Source of the DNA: Eledone cirrhosa | Taxonomy: Eukaryota | Reading direction: 5' to 3' | Assembly: GCA_964016885.1 (NCBI GenBank) | Contig: CAXHJY010000567.1 | Coordinates: 19,390 to 83,389 of the forward strand | Length of the DNA: 64,000 nt | Shown here: one piece after another, positions 18,390-35,789 of the stretch | How the letters are laid out: the number at the start of each line of letters is the position of its first letter | How positions within the stretch are numbered: the first letter of the stretch is position 1 | Program-made: the position numbers and the translations under genes | Notes under the pieces: generated by a model | What the model saw: the letters and a program-made list of their open reading frames with translations, nothing else | Told to the model about the DNA's origin: nothing | Databases searched by the model: none

Positions 18390-19430
18390 GTAGAAGTTGT
18401 ATTTAATTTGTTGGAATTCCGACAAACATAAATGTTTATAACTGATATAGAATACTCAACAGTTTACTGGAGTAAATATTTATTTCCTGAAATTTTTTAA
18501 AGAATCTTTTCCAGAATTTTTTCCAGAACTTTTAATATTTTTATATTTTGTAATATTTTTTAAATATTTTTCATACTTTTGACATTTTTTAATTATTTAA
18601 TATTAGTGTTATGACCAATAACTAATTCTGGCTAAATATATCTTTCAACATTTATATCTTCGTCAAAATGGTCTCATACTAACTAATAAATAAACAAATC
18701 TGTGCTTTTCAATATCTTCCCAATTTAAAACATTGAAGACATATAAATAATCTTATTAACTCAGTTAATTTAATATAAACCAGTATCCCCCATAAGTTAT
18801 TAAAACAATTATCTATAACATGATATACCCATTCATATATCTATTCTTCTATCTATATTTTTGTATCTATTGATTCTCCTACTTTACATCTATTTTCAAT
18901 TTATTTTCCAATACATCTTTATATATATTTATTTTTTCTATATATCTATTTTTTCTATATATTTATAATAGTAAATATTATATTGTATTATATTAGAATT
19001 CTAACAATAATTAGTAAATATACGTAACATTAATATAAACTTCAGACTTATTTACGTTACACGAGTTCATCCTCTGATAAATTTCTTTTTTCTCTCTATC
19101 TATCTCATAACTTTAATTTTTTCTCTTTTCTCTCTCTCTTTCTTTTCTTTCTTCCCTATCTTACAGTGTAATTTAAATAAAAGGTTGTTTTTTCAAATTT
19201 TCATACATTTGTTTGCATATTCACACATAATTTTGAATTACCCCTAATAAGTTTCCAGTATCCAGCGAAATTCCGACCGTTATGGTTGATTCCCATGGGT
19301 ATGTCGTTATTTATAAAACAAATCTTGTATTTTATCTGATGAAAGCGCACCAAGTTTGGGTTGGTCGCCTTTGAAATATATATAATAAAATAAATATGGT
19401 TTTATAGTTTCCATTTATTAATATCTTGGT
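18390..19430 (+). mobile_element. TA-flanked hammerhead element (family B), long copy
   Basis: Shares both ends with 17310-17582; AT-rich non-coding interior. Confidence 0.6.
19328..19392 (+). ncRNA. Type-I hammerhead ribozyme, intact core (family B)
   Basis: TATTTTAT-CTGATGA-AAGCGCACCAA..TTGGTCGCCTTT-GAAA-TATATA-TA-ATAAAATA; perfect 8 bp stem I. Confidence 0.88.
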
Positions 19431-19504
19431 ATATATATATATATATATATATAGATAGATATTAAAAAAAATATATAAATATATATATATATATAGTATG
19501 TATT

Positions 19505-19702
<198 letters not shown>

Positions 19703-20044
19703 AATACATATATATATATATTACCAGGTGTACGTATCAAAGTAAGTTAAACACTGTAGTTTAAGCCAACACCAGTAGCAACAACAACAATGACGAGAAC
19801 GAAACGCCTGCAATATAATCGCACCTCAGACTGGTGATGTGGTATCTTCAATAAATGCTAAGTTCAGCAAAATCGTTTATACTATATTTTATTTAAAACA
19901 GAGTAAACACTCTCCCAGCTGTGTTAAAGAACATTTAAATAGAAACGTAATATATATTGAAACATGTGAGCCTGACTTCTTATATGTAAATCGTTTGTAC
20001 TTTTTTTTTCTCATTCTCTGACGCATGTACATATATAAATACAA

Positions 20045-20082
<38 letters not shown>

Positions 20083-20285
20083 GTATGTATATATACTTGC
20101 GTATGTATATATATATATATATATATTTATATCATTATGTATATACATGCATACATACACGCATATTTATATTCATATATATATGTCCGTGTGAGCATAT
20201 ATTTATATATATGTGTGTGTTCGTGTATGTATGTATATATATATATATATTTTTTTTTTTCATATATATATATATAATATTCTTT

Positions 20286-20325
<40 letters not shown>

Positions 20326-20658
20326 TAAACAGACAGATAGTTAGATATATAGATAAGTTTTTTTTCTCATTTCATACATGAAAGCGGATACTTAATCTTA
20401 CATTCTTTAGTTCCTTTAATCTTTTATTCTTCATAGAGAAGAATAGCGTCCAGTGGACTCCACACAACAGTATCAGTGTGAAGCAGGAAATGAATAATAA
20501 TACACCACAGAGTTACAGACATGTCTGTTATAACTCTTCAGGATTCTGAAATTAAAAAAAATAATGCATCTTCATAAACAAAAGCACTTCGCTGAAGTAT
20601 GAATAGAAATTGAAAATATCATATAACTAGTTAATATGTATGTATGTATGTATGATAT

Positions 20659-21389
20659 ACCTATAGAGGTATATCATTGCTTTCTGTCGTAGGGAAAGTT
20701 TTATGTAGGGTGCTTCTGGACCGTGTGCTGACACACATTGAAGATTGTGTTCTTCCTGAAAGTCAATCTGGTTTTCGTGCTGGACGCGGCACTACTGATA
20801 TGATCTTCTCAGCTAGACAGCTCCGGGAGAAGTGCATGGAACAAGGTTTGGATCTGTATCAGGTTTTTGTAGATCTAACAAAAGCTTTCGATACTGTTAA
20901 CAGAAATGCATTATGGAAGGTTCTCCAGAAACTTGGTTGCCCTGATAAGTTCCTTGCTTTAGTTAGGTTTTTCCATGACGACATGAAGGCTTGGGTTAAT
21001 GTCGGATGTAACAAGTCGGAGCCTATCTCAGTAAAAATTGGCGTGAAACAGGGGGATATTCCAGCACCGACCCTGTTTGCCATATACTTTGCAACGGTTT
21101 TCTTTATTGCATTCAGGAATTGCGAGCCTGGTGTTTACATCCGATATCGAATCTCAGGCAGCATATTTAACATCAGGCGCTTTGCTGCAAAGACAGAAGT
21201 ATTTACATCAATCATAAAGACCTCTTTTATGCAGATGATTGCGATCTTGTAGCGCACACAGAGAGTGATATGCAGCACATTTTGAATGCATTTTCTGACG
21301 CTTGCAGTGCCCTAGGATTGACTGTCAGTCTCAAGAAAACCGTCCTCATGTACCAACCTGCCCCTGGTAAGCAGTACAGTGAACCAAAT
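20659..21389 (+). mobile_element. RTE-clade (BovB-like) LINE reverse transcriptase fragment, frameshifted near 21225
   Basis: YRGISLLSVVGKV..LPESQSGFRAGRGTTDMIF..FVDLTKAFDTV..GVKQG..APTLF, then LFYADDCDL in another frame; flanked by (TATG)n on both sides. Confidence 0.93.
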
Positions 21390-21667
21390 GCATGTATGTA
21401 TGTATGCATGTATGAACGTGGTTGGTTGGTTGGGTGGGTGTGTGGGTGTGTCTGTGTGTGAGTGTGTGTGTATGAATGCAAGTACGTGTGTGTGTATGTA
21501 CGTATGTATGTATGTATGTGTGGGCTAATAGAATTTAATGGTGTCGTAGAGGTGGTGTCATGATATACGGCGTCACTTGTCCTCTTTAAACAAAGCGGAA
21601 GCCACCCCTCTTAAATTTAAACAGTCAACTTCTTCCAGTAATTTTAGAAATAGAGAGAAAGAGAGTG

Positions 21668-21728
<61 letters not shown>

Positions 21729-21753
21729 AGGAAGAGGAATAAATATAGAAAGA

Positions 21754-21882
21754 TAATTGTTTCTACGTTTGGCACAAGGCCAGCAATTACCCAGTGCATT
21801 ACTGGTACTTTATTTTATCGACCCCGTAAGGATGAAAGGCAAAGTTAACCTCGACGGGATTTGAACTCAGATCGTAAAGGGA
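21754..21882 (-). mobile_element. tRNA-derived SINE family 1, 5'-truncated
   Basis: Reverse complement of B-box, body and tail. Confidence 0.88.
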
Positions 21883-22250
21883 GAAAGATAATGGGAGAAA
21901 GGAAGAATTGACTCAAAGAATGGATGGGTACTTCTTTAATCGACCTCGATGTATATTAACTCCGGAGGTGCATAATGCAGTTAAGTTGCATATTTATACA
22001 AATAATAAAATGGGGAAGAACAATTATTAGGTTTTACATACATATTTATAGAAGAGAGTTTATGTCTCTGTACGTGGTTGGCCTTCGTTCTCCGTTACTT
22101 GGCTATATATATATACACACCAGTGTTTACTGGTATATATATATATATATATATATAACAAAATAAGATGTTCCGGTTACGTAAATCGTTTTTACCGAAA
22201 GAATCTCTTCGCAACATATTCTCTCTCTCTCTCTATATATATATATATAG

Positions 22251-22468
22251 TTTTAATATAGATGAGATTCTACAGGACTAGAACTGTTACATTCTTGAGA
22301 AATCATCAGGAATCTCTGGTGATTCCTTAGAGATTCCTTATGATTTCTCAAGAATGAAACACTTCTAGTCCTGTAGAATCTCATCTATATTAAAAATGTT
22401 ATACTCTGCTATGTATTGAGTACCTTACTTTCTGTGGTTACCTCCGATTCAACCCGGAATAACTTACC
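22251..22468 (+). mobile_element. TA-flanked fold-back hammerhead element (family D)
   Basis: Inverted arms 22251-22317 / 22329-22395, each a hammerhead with one different core mutation; tail also found inverted at 44478-44546. Confidence 0.78.
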
Positions 22469-22917
22469 TATATATATATATATTAAAGCGTAGAATTAGA
22501 CTAGACCACCAGTAGACAACTGATGAGGAAAACTAAACCTCCCCCGTTCTTTCTTTCTTTCTTCTTATTCTCACTCCATTTTAAGATACCTTAAATAGCA
22601 ACTACACGGTCATTTCTTATCTCCATATATTTTATATATATATATATATTTCTTTATTACCGCTAAATATATACAACAGAGGCAACACTCCTTCATAGAT
22701 TTGCCTAAATACGGGATTTCATAAATTTTGCTAATCGCCAGTATGATATTCATATTCCCTGACAATGAAGATATTATTAGCAAGATGGCGGCGGCAGAAT
22801 TTAATAATACATCGCTTGAATCATTAACGTAATGTACCGAAATCAAAAGGTAGAATGGTGCAGAGCCGAGACACTCACGAAAATCGCACATTTCATTATT
22901 TTCATTAAGTTTGGATT

Positions 22918-23096
22918 ATGTGTGTGTGTGTATATCTGTGTATATATACACATAAATATATATATATATATAGATGCATATATATGTATATATATATATG
23001 TATATATATGCATATATATATATGTATATATTTATATATATGTATATATGTATATATATATATGTATATATATGTATATATATGTATATATATATT

Positions 23097-23130
<34 letters not shown>

Positions 23131-23346
23131 TATTTATATACACATATATATATGTATATACACATATATATATATAGACATATATATACACTATATATCT
23201 ACATATAAATATACACACACTATATATATAAATATATATATATATATTCAAATATATATATATATACAAACACACCCACACACACACACACCTACACAGA
23301 CACCCACACGAACACATACACACACATATATATATGCATATGTATG

Positions 23347-23415
<69 letters not shown>

Positions 23416-23467
23416 CATACATATGTATGTATATATATGTATATATATATATATATACATACATATG

Positions 23468-23506
<39 letters not shown>

Positions 23507-23515
23507 TATATATAA
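22918..23515. repeat. (TA)n/(CA)n microsatellite
   Basis: Direct repeat. Confidence 0.95.
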
Positions 23516-23984
23516 AATCTGTGTTCCCAAATTTGCTTTGACAATTAAATGTAGTAAAGCGAGATAAACTGTACTATGAAGAGGGAGGTTTCAGGTAGGA
23601 TTGAAGGCGGCGATTCCAATGGTTCAGTTAATTTTTATGGTTGTTCGCCATCTTTAATCCTATAAAGGTTCATTATTCGATTAATTTCTCCGTGATGTAA
23701 GAATTTAATCAACTCTAATACGTAAGGATCGATAGTTTTCAATTCAACGTTCGCCTGTCATCAGAAACATTAGCAAGCTGTGGCTTAGGCGCTGCCACTC
23801 ATTATCAGAGTTTTCTGAAGAGATAGGCTAGCTGGCGAAGCTAAATAAATAACTGTGAAACGGCTTAGCTACGCAATTAATATTATTTGAAAAGGTGATG
23901 ACCGCCATCACAAACTCTAGTTTTAATTTGAGACCATTAGGCAAATTCCGAAATACCGAGATGTATTTAATAGCGAAGAGAAGA

Positions 23985-24790
23985 TTTGCTGCTGTTGTTG
24001 ATTCTGTTGTTGTTGTTCTCGTTGTTGTTGCTCTCGTTGTTGTTGTTTTTGTTGTTGTTGTAGTCGTAGATATTCTCGTTTTTATTTCTATAGTTTTTAT
24101 TGTTGTCGCTGTTGTTGTTGTTGCTTTTGTTGTTGTAATCTTTGATTTCCTTGTTCTTATATCTTTAGTTGTTGTTGTAGTCGTAGATATTCTCGTTTTT
24201 ATTCCTATAGTTTGTTGCTGTTGTTGTTGCTGTTGTTGTTGCTTTTGTTGTTGTAATCTTTGATTTCCTTGTTCTTATATCTTTAGTTGTTGTTGTAGTC
24301 GTAGATATTCTCGTTTTTATTTCTATAGTTTGTTGCTGTTGTTGTTGCTTTTGTTGTTGTAATCTTTGATTTCCTTGTTCTTATATCTCTAGTTGTTGTT
24401 GTTGCTTTTGTTGTTCTAATCTTTGATTTCCTTGTTTTTTTATTTCTATAGTTGTTACTATTGTTTTGTTGCTGTTGCTATTGTTGTTGTTGTTGTCATT
24501 TCTATCGCTGTTGTTGTTGTTGTTGCTATTGTGTTTGTTGTTGATAGTGAGGTTGTTGCGACTGTTGATGTTAATGTCGTTTCTATTGTAGTTAATTCTA
24601 CTGTTGTTGTTGCTGTTGTTGTTGTCGGTAGTTGGGGTGTTAGTGCAGTTCCTGTTGTTGTTGTTTGTGCTGCTGCTCTTGTTGTTGATGTTGCTGTTGC
24701 TTTTGTTGTTGTTGTTGTTATAGGTGTTGGTACTGCTGTTGATGTTGTTGCTGTTGTTGTTGGTGGTGTTGCTGTTGTTGTTGTTGTTTG
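23985..24790. repeat. Cryptic (GTT)n simple repeat with an about 115 bp higher-order triplication
   Basis: GTAGTCGTAGATATTCTCGTTTTTATT occurs at about 24060, 24177 and 24295. Confidence 0.9.
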
Positions 24791-25482
24791 TTTAACAGTT
24801 TGTCAACCTTAATCAGCCAGACAGATCGATTATCAAAGACATTCACTTCTTTTTAACCGCGCTGTTATACAACTATATTATCTATTGTCTGTTTCTCTAT
24901 CTGGAAGGCAGTTTGGGAATAATTCGAAATTAATTTACATACTGTTTTTAGCAAATCGAGCGACGACATAGAACCCTTACATTTTACAAATTAAATTACT
25001 GCTGTTCGTGGTGTTTCTTTCACGTTTGATCAACCAGGAACATGCAAACCTATGATCAACCACACATTACTAGTTAATTACTAGTTAGAATACTCGTTGT
25101 TAAGGTAGACTCTCTAGGATTACGTTATCTAACGTGTATTTACGTTCAGCTTTGTTAACTCTAGTAAGGGTTAGATTTGAAGATCATTTAGCTAATGGTT
25201 TTAGCATGTCCAGCGAAAATATTGAGCGTCCATTGTGTGTTCAAAGGCGAAACAATGCCGTCCCTGTTGCTGTTATTGTGTTTAACATTTAGTCAAGCTG
25301 CAGCGAATGCACATTTGTTTAAATGCATTCTAGCAGTAAATACCACGTCCTTTAAAGATAGTCAAGGACCACATTATCATATGCCGGTGTTTCTATATGA
25401 TCAGCATAAGCAATTTGTTATCAATTAAGCTAATTACGATCCATTTCAAGCAATGTCGCATCTTCCGCAACAAAAGGTCTAC

Positions 25483-28004
<2,522 letters not shown>

Positions 28005-28103
28005 CTGTAAATGCATGGATACATAAATGTGTAATATATATATATATATATATATATACCCACTCCCCCCCCCCACATATATATATATACATCCACTCAC
28101 TCA

Positions 28104-28158
<55 letters not shown>

Positions 28159-29004
28159 AGTTTATATGCATACATGTACGCATGCATAGTGAGATACACT
28201 TTCAAACATAACCCTATGCTATGCATATACTTATATATACACACCCACACGCACACACACACTTCCAGATATATATATATATATATATATATACATAAAT
28301 ATGTATGTTATAGATGTATTTATGTATATAGCACTATATACATTGCTATTATACAAGAATACACGGTACATAAATCTAAAGGGGTATGAAGTTTATATTC
28401 ATTACAACATATATAGTTGTGTGTGTGAGAGAGCGTATGATTGAGTGTGTGCCTGTGTGTATGAGGGACAGTAAGTGAGAGTGTGTAAGCGTATGTGTGA
28501 CTGTGAGTGAGTGAGAGAGAGACAGAGAGAGGTACCGTTTGATTGAGTATGTGTTTGAGTGTGTGTTGGTGGGTGTCAGTGATTGGGGTTGTATATGTCT
28601 GTATATAACTATGAATGTATATATATTATGGTACATTTTATCAACTTTAATGACACAGACATTTCCATGTGTTAAAGAGGTTTCCTGCTTAGTAACCACC
28701 GGATTCCTGTTTCGTCTCCATCGCGGTATGCAGAATCAACGTTTTTAGAAAGCCTTATATCAGAGATACTCGAAATTTTGGTGAGACCTCCTTCCAGGCA
28801 GATAGTAAATAATATATAATAGAGAGAATCGTTAATTTATATATAATAAATAGTATAATTCAGAGGTTCTTAAGTGCTTTGGGCCTCTGTCCTTCTCACG
28901 GCCACATAATAGCCTCTGTTCCAGCCCCCTCCACTCTATTTCCACAGAGACCTACTTACACGCAAATTGTAAATGATATTTAACAAAGAAAATTATTTTT
29001 CATA

Positions 29005-29188
29005 TAATTGTTTCTAATTTTGGCCCAAGACCAGCAATTACCCAGTGTATTACTGGTACTTTATTTTATCGACCACGTAAGGATGAAAGGCAAAGTTAAC
29101 CTCGGCGGGATTTGAACTCAAAATGGAAAGGGCCGTAAGTCTTTGCGTCAAAGCAAGGCGTCCGACCCTCTACTGATACTGACAATCC
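29005..29188 (-). mobile_element. tRNA-derived SINE family 1
   Basis: Near full-length reverse-complement copy. Confidence 0.88.
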
Positions 29189-29785
29189 AATAAATATGAT
29201 CGTTCATTTATATAAAATAAAATCCAGATATAATATAATATAATCCAGAGGTTCTGCCTTTACACGTGGTTTTACACTCTGCTTTGGTCCATCGGGGTGT
29301 ATGATCCACTAAAGAAACAACAATGGCTAATCATTAAAACCTTTAGCATTTAAACCGGCCATATCCGCCCAAAATTCTCTCACCTCCTTCCATTAAAACC
29401 ATCTATAACCGCTGCTCATAATTATGTTAAGATAAAGAAATACATTATGTGAGATAAAGAGTTTAACGTGAAAATGCAATAGAAAATATGAAGTAATATA
29501 AATGTTACAGGGTTAAGGTATGAGCATTAAAAACCTGTATTTGCAATAAAAATGGCAGGCGAAATTGTTTTCAAAATCACGCCATATCGTTTGTAAATAG
29601 ACCACCACAAATAATACTGTATTTAAAGTTAACTCGAAAATGACGGGCATATGGTCAACTCTGGTTTAACTGTGCGTCTAAATAGCTGAAACAAGATTAA
29701 CAACGTGTTTATAATATGTTGTATTTGACCCTTATATGATAACGTCTGGAATTATATCGGACATGCGACGCCTAAAATATCAGGC

Positions 29786-31180
<1,395 letters not shown>

Positions 31181-31238
31181 TTTGATTTTAAAACTTCACT
31201 GTTCACAAGTGTGTTTTAACCTTCATATCATGTCTCCC

Positions 31239-31309
31239 TTTTTTATATGATGAGAACGCAGATATCATCCCATGATTATATTTGTTATTGAAATGCGCAT
31301 AATAAAATA
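31239..31309 (+). ncRNA. Hammerhead ribozyme, C3-mutated copy (family E)
   Basis: TTTTTTAT-ATGATGA-..-GAAA-TGCGCA-TA-ATAAAATA; homologous to 46228-46298 including flanks. Confidence 0.65.
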
Positions 31310-31344
31310 CTTGGAACTCTTTTAACCATCATTTGATCTTATGT

Positions 31345-31383
<39 letters not shown>

Positions 31384-31386
31384 GTA

Positions 31387-31425
<39 letters not shown>

Positions 31426-31428
31426 GTA

Positions 31429-31466
<38 letters not shown>

Positions 31467-31737
31467 CATATACGAAGAGTTTACGTTTAATAAACGAGTC
31501 TCTTGCTATGAACATATTAAGTTGTGATCACGTCACATTTAACATCACTTACCTGTGAGAATGTCAGACGTGTGATTCTGGATTTTCATATATATATATA
31601 ACGACATATGCACGTACGGTTCATGTACACACACCCACACTCTCACACACACACACTCTCACACACACACACACTCTCACACACTCTCACACACTCACAC
31701 GTACGCACACACACACACATACACACACATTGACATA

Positions 31738-31879
<142 letters not shown>

Positions 31880-32438
31880 GACACACATACGTGCGCTCTA
31901 ATTTGGCGTAATGAGGTGAGGGGGGAGGGGAATTTACACAGAAACGCAAGAGCGATGTAGGAGGATGAGAAGAAAAAGAAGTTGAAGAAGAAGGGGAAGA
32001 AAAAGAAGGAATATAAGGAGTGCCTAATAAATCAAAATGGCGATGGGTAGTTTCCTTTCAATTATAGACAAACTGCAATTCCTTCATATAATTCACCACT
32101 GGATTCTTAATAGTCAGTTCCCTTCAAACATGGATGCCTTTTAAACAGTCGCCCATTAATCATCTCGTAACATATAAAGCGTTCCATCACACACCTCTTT
32201 ATTTTATATCTCTCACTCTTACACCTTATTACTCTTCATACACCCTCCTCTTCCCAACACTACTGTCCTTCCTCCTACCCACTGTCCGTTAAATGTTGTG
32301 GAGGGGGCGGCGATGGGGGAGGTAACGTGGGGTTGTTTCAGATTGACAATGTTTACAGCTGGGTAACATTCTATCTCATCATCAGCAATATATTTATGCT
32401 TGGATGTGGGTTTAGCTGTTTATGCATCTGTATGTATG

Positions 32439-32474
<36 letters not shown>

Positions 32475-32657
32475 AATATATATATGTATATATATGGATG
32501 TGTGCTTTGATGGATGGTTGTACATAATTGTGTGTATATTTTGACGTATGTATATATGCAACTATGATTATGCATGTATATATATGTTTATGTGCGCGTG
32601 TATCTGTGGGCGTGTATGTTTATATGTGCATATATAATTTATATATTATATATACGC

Positions 32658-32698
<41 letters not shown>

Positions 32699-32784
32699 AT
32701 TATATTATACATATATATGTATTTATGCTCACAAACACACACAGACACACATTAATAAATACATACATATATATATATATATAT

Positions 32785-32835
<51 letters not shown>

Positions 32836-33042
32836 TAGTTATGCATCCACACATACATATATCCATACACATAGATAGCCAGAGAGAGATTGCGAGACGG
32901 AGAGAGAGTAAGAGAGAGTAAAAAGGGAGGAAGAGAAAGTAAAAAGTGATGAGAGAGTGCAGAGATCCAAATATCCCAATACATAGAAAGAAAACATGCT
33001 GCAAATTGAAATGTTCTCGCTCTGCTCTATTGACAAAGCTCA

Positions 33043-35414
33043 CATTATATAGCCCTCATTTTCCATGGTGGAAGTAAGGACCTTATGAATGCCGCCCTTT
33101 AATCTATAAATCAATGCGACTCTCTCCTCTACTAATCCAATATTATAACTGCCATAACTTCGTAAGAAGAGGAAAAACTGCAGTTGTCTAGCTAACGTAG
33201 TAGTATTTCTAGTAGTATCATTAATAGTAGTAGTGCTTGTGGTGGTGGTAGTGGTGGTTGTGGTGGTTGTATTTCTAGTAGTATCATTAATAGTAGTAGT
33301 GCTTGTGGTGGTGGTTGTGGTGGTTGTAGTAGTAGTATTTCTAGTAGTATCATTAATAGTAGTAGTGCTTGTGGTGGTGGTAGTGGTGGTTGTGGTGGTT
33401 GTAGTAGTAGTATTTCTAGTAGTATCATTAATAGTAGTAGTGTTTGTGGTGGTGGTAGTGGTGGTTGTGGTGGTTGTAGTAGTAGTATTTCTAGTAGTAT
33501 CATTAATAGTAGTAGTGTTTGTGGTGGTGATTGTGGTGGTAGTGGTGGTTGTAGTAGTAGTATTTCTAGTAGTATCATTAATAGTAGTAGTGTTTGTGGT
33601 AGTGGTGTTTCTAGTAGTAGTATTTCTAGTAGTATCATTAATAGTAGTAGTGTTTGTGGTGGTGGTAGTGGTGGTTGTAGTAGTAGTATTTATAGTAGTA
33701 TCATTAATAGTAGTAGTGTTTGTGGTGGTGGTAGTGGTGGTTGTAGTAGTAGTATTTCTAGTAGTATCATTAATAGGAGTAGTGTTTGTGGTGGTGGTAG
33801 TGGTGGTTGTAGTAGTAGTATTTCTAGTAGTATCATTAATAGTAGTAGTGTTTGTGGTGGTGATTGTGGTGGTGATTGTGGTGGTAGTGGTGGTTGTAGT
33901 AGTAGTATTTCTAGTAGTATCATTAATAGTAGTAGTGTTTGTGGTGGTGATTGTGGTGGTGATTGTGGTGGTAGTGGTGGTTGTAGTAGTAGTATTTCTA
34001 GTAGTATCATTAATAGTAGTAGTGCTTGTGGTGGTGGTAGTGGTGGTTGTAGTAGTAGTATTTCTAGTAGTATCATTAATAGTAGTAGTGCTTGTGGTGG
34101 TGGTAGTGGTGGTTGTAGTAGTAGTATTTCTAGTAGTATCATTAATAGTAGTAGTGTTTGTGGTGGTGATTGTGGTGGTGATTGTGGTGGTAGTGGTGGT
34201 TGTAGTAGTAGTATTTCTAGTAGTATCATTAATAGTAGTAGTGCTTGTGGTGGTGGTAGTGGTGGTTGTAGTAGTAGTATTTCTAGTAGTATCATTAATA
34301 GTAGTAGTGCTTGTGGTGGTGGTAGTGGTGGTTGTGGTGGTTGTAGTAGTAGTATTTCTAGTAGTATCATTAATAGTAGTAGTGCTTGTGGTGGTGGTAG
34401 TGGTGGTTGTGGTGGTTGTAGTAGTAGTATTTCTAGTAGTATCATTAATAGTAGTAGTGCTTGTGGTGGTGGTAGTGGTGGTTGTGGTGGTTGTAGTAGT
34501 AGTATTTCTAGTAGTATCATTAATAGTAGTAGTGCTTGTGGTGGTGGTAGTGGTGGTTGTGGTGGTTGTAGTAGTAGTATTTCTAGTAGTATCATTAATA
34601 GTAGTAGTGCTTGTGGTGGTGGTAGTGGTGGTTGTAGTAGTATCATTAATAGTAGTAGTGTTTGTGGTAGTGGTGGTTGTAGTAGTAGTATTTCTAGTAG
34701 TATCATTAATAGTAGTAGTGTTTGTGGTGGTGATTGTGGTGGTAGCGGTAGTAGTATTTCTAGTAGTATCATTAATAGTAGTAGTGTTTGTGGTGGTGGT
34801 AGTGGTGGTTGTAGTAGTAGTATTTATAGTAGTATCATTAATAGTAGTAGTGTTTGTGGTGGTAGTGGTAGTAGTATTTCTAGTAGTATCATTAATAGTA
34901 GTAGTGTTTGTGGTGGTGGTAGTGGTGGTTGTAGTAGTAGTATTTATAGTAGTATCATTAATAGTAGTAGTGTTTGTGGTAGTGGTGGTTGTAGTAGTAG
35001 TATTTCTAGTAGAGTATCATTAATAGTAGTAGTGTTTGTGGTGGTGGTAGTGGTGGTAGTGGTAGTCGTGGTAGTAGTATTTCTAGTAGTATCATTAATA
35101 GTAGTAGTGCTTGTGGTGGTGGTAGTGGTGGTTGTAGTAGTAGTATTTCTAGTAGTATCATTAATAGTAGTAGTGTTTGTGGTAACAGTAGTAGTAGTAA
35201 TTGTAAGAGTAGTCGCAAAAGTAGTAGTAGTGGTAGTATGAGTAGTGGTAGTATGAGTAGTGGTTGTAGTACTAGTAGTAGTAGTAGTAGTGGTGGTGGT
35301 TGTAGCAGTGGTAGTGGTTGTAGTAGTAGTTGTAGTAGTAGTAGTAGTAGTAGTTGATGTAGTAGTAGTGGTAGTGGTTTTATTAGTAGAAAATGACGGT
35401 ATGGATATAGAATA
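33043..35414 (-). pseudogene. Candidate Thr-rich mucin-domain exon (one frameshift near 35011)
   Basis: Minus frame reads FSTNKTTT..TFATTLTITTTTVTT, then (TTTINDTTRNTTTTTTT[S/N])n, then unique LARQLQFFLFLRSYGSYNIGLVEERVALIYRLKGGIHKVLTSTMENEGYI; absent from the ORF track because it has no start codon. Confidence 0.55.
33197..35183. repeat. Minisatellite, units of about 45-75 bp, roughly 30 copies
   Basis: Core GTAGTAGTATTTCTAGTAGTATCATTAATAGTAGTAGTGYTTGTGGTGGT; unit lengths vary in multiples of 3. Confidence 0.97.
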
Positions 35415-35659
35415 TCAATACAAATGCAAAAGATATTGTTGACAATTAGTCTTTTACCTTAAATTTATTTAAATATCCTTAATTTTCGAGAAAATATCTC
35501 TTCTTCGGAGGGGAGTAAACGGGTTAATCCAGCGTTCTAATTAGCTTGCCAAGTCATGCTGACAGGAAATGGTATAGAGATTCTATTCTATCTCTAATGT
35601 CAGAGAGTGAAGGTTAGGTGGATAAAGAGTTGACTCCCTTTTAAAGGGGTTATGTGACC

Positions 35660-35777
35660 TCTTCAGTGACTGGGGATTCTTTTCTTTGTTTTTTGTGCCT
35701 CTCCTTTGTTCTGTCCTAGGCCAAACAAGGAGAGAACAAAGGAGAGGCACAAAGAAAAGAATCCCCAGTCACTTAAG
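35660..35777. repeat. Inverted repeat, about 45 bp arms, with hammerhead 5'-half-like CTGAAGAGGTCACA on the minus strand
   Basis: 35660-35712 vs 35733-35777; the 14-mer is identical to the family A hammerhead. Confidence 0.65.
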
Positions 35778-35789
35778 AAGGTGTGACGA

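Noticed and set aside
22520-22545. CTGATGAGG..CCTC
   Set aside because: No GAAA/NUH half follows
22784-22834. ATGGCGGCGGCA..AC|GTAATG as a plus-strand first exon
   Set aside because: No downstream exons or recognisable protein; too short to support
23748-23768. Minus-strand CTGATGACAGGCGAAC
   Set aside because: No stems; probably chance within a coding-like remnant
33233-35023. 596 aa poly-Val plus-strand ORF and Leu/Pro minus-strand ORFs
   Set aside because: Alternative frames of the minisatellite; only the Thr-rich minus frame continues into plausible unique sequence
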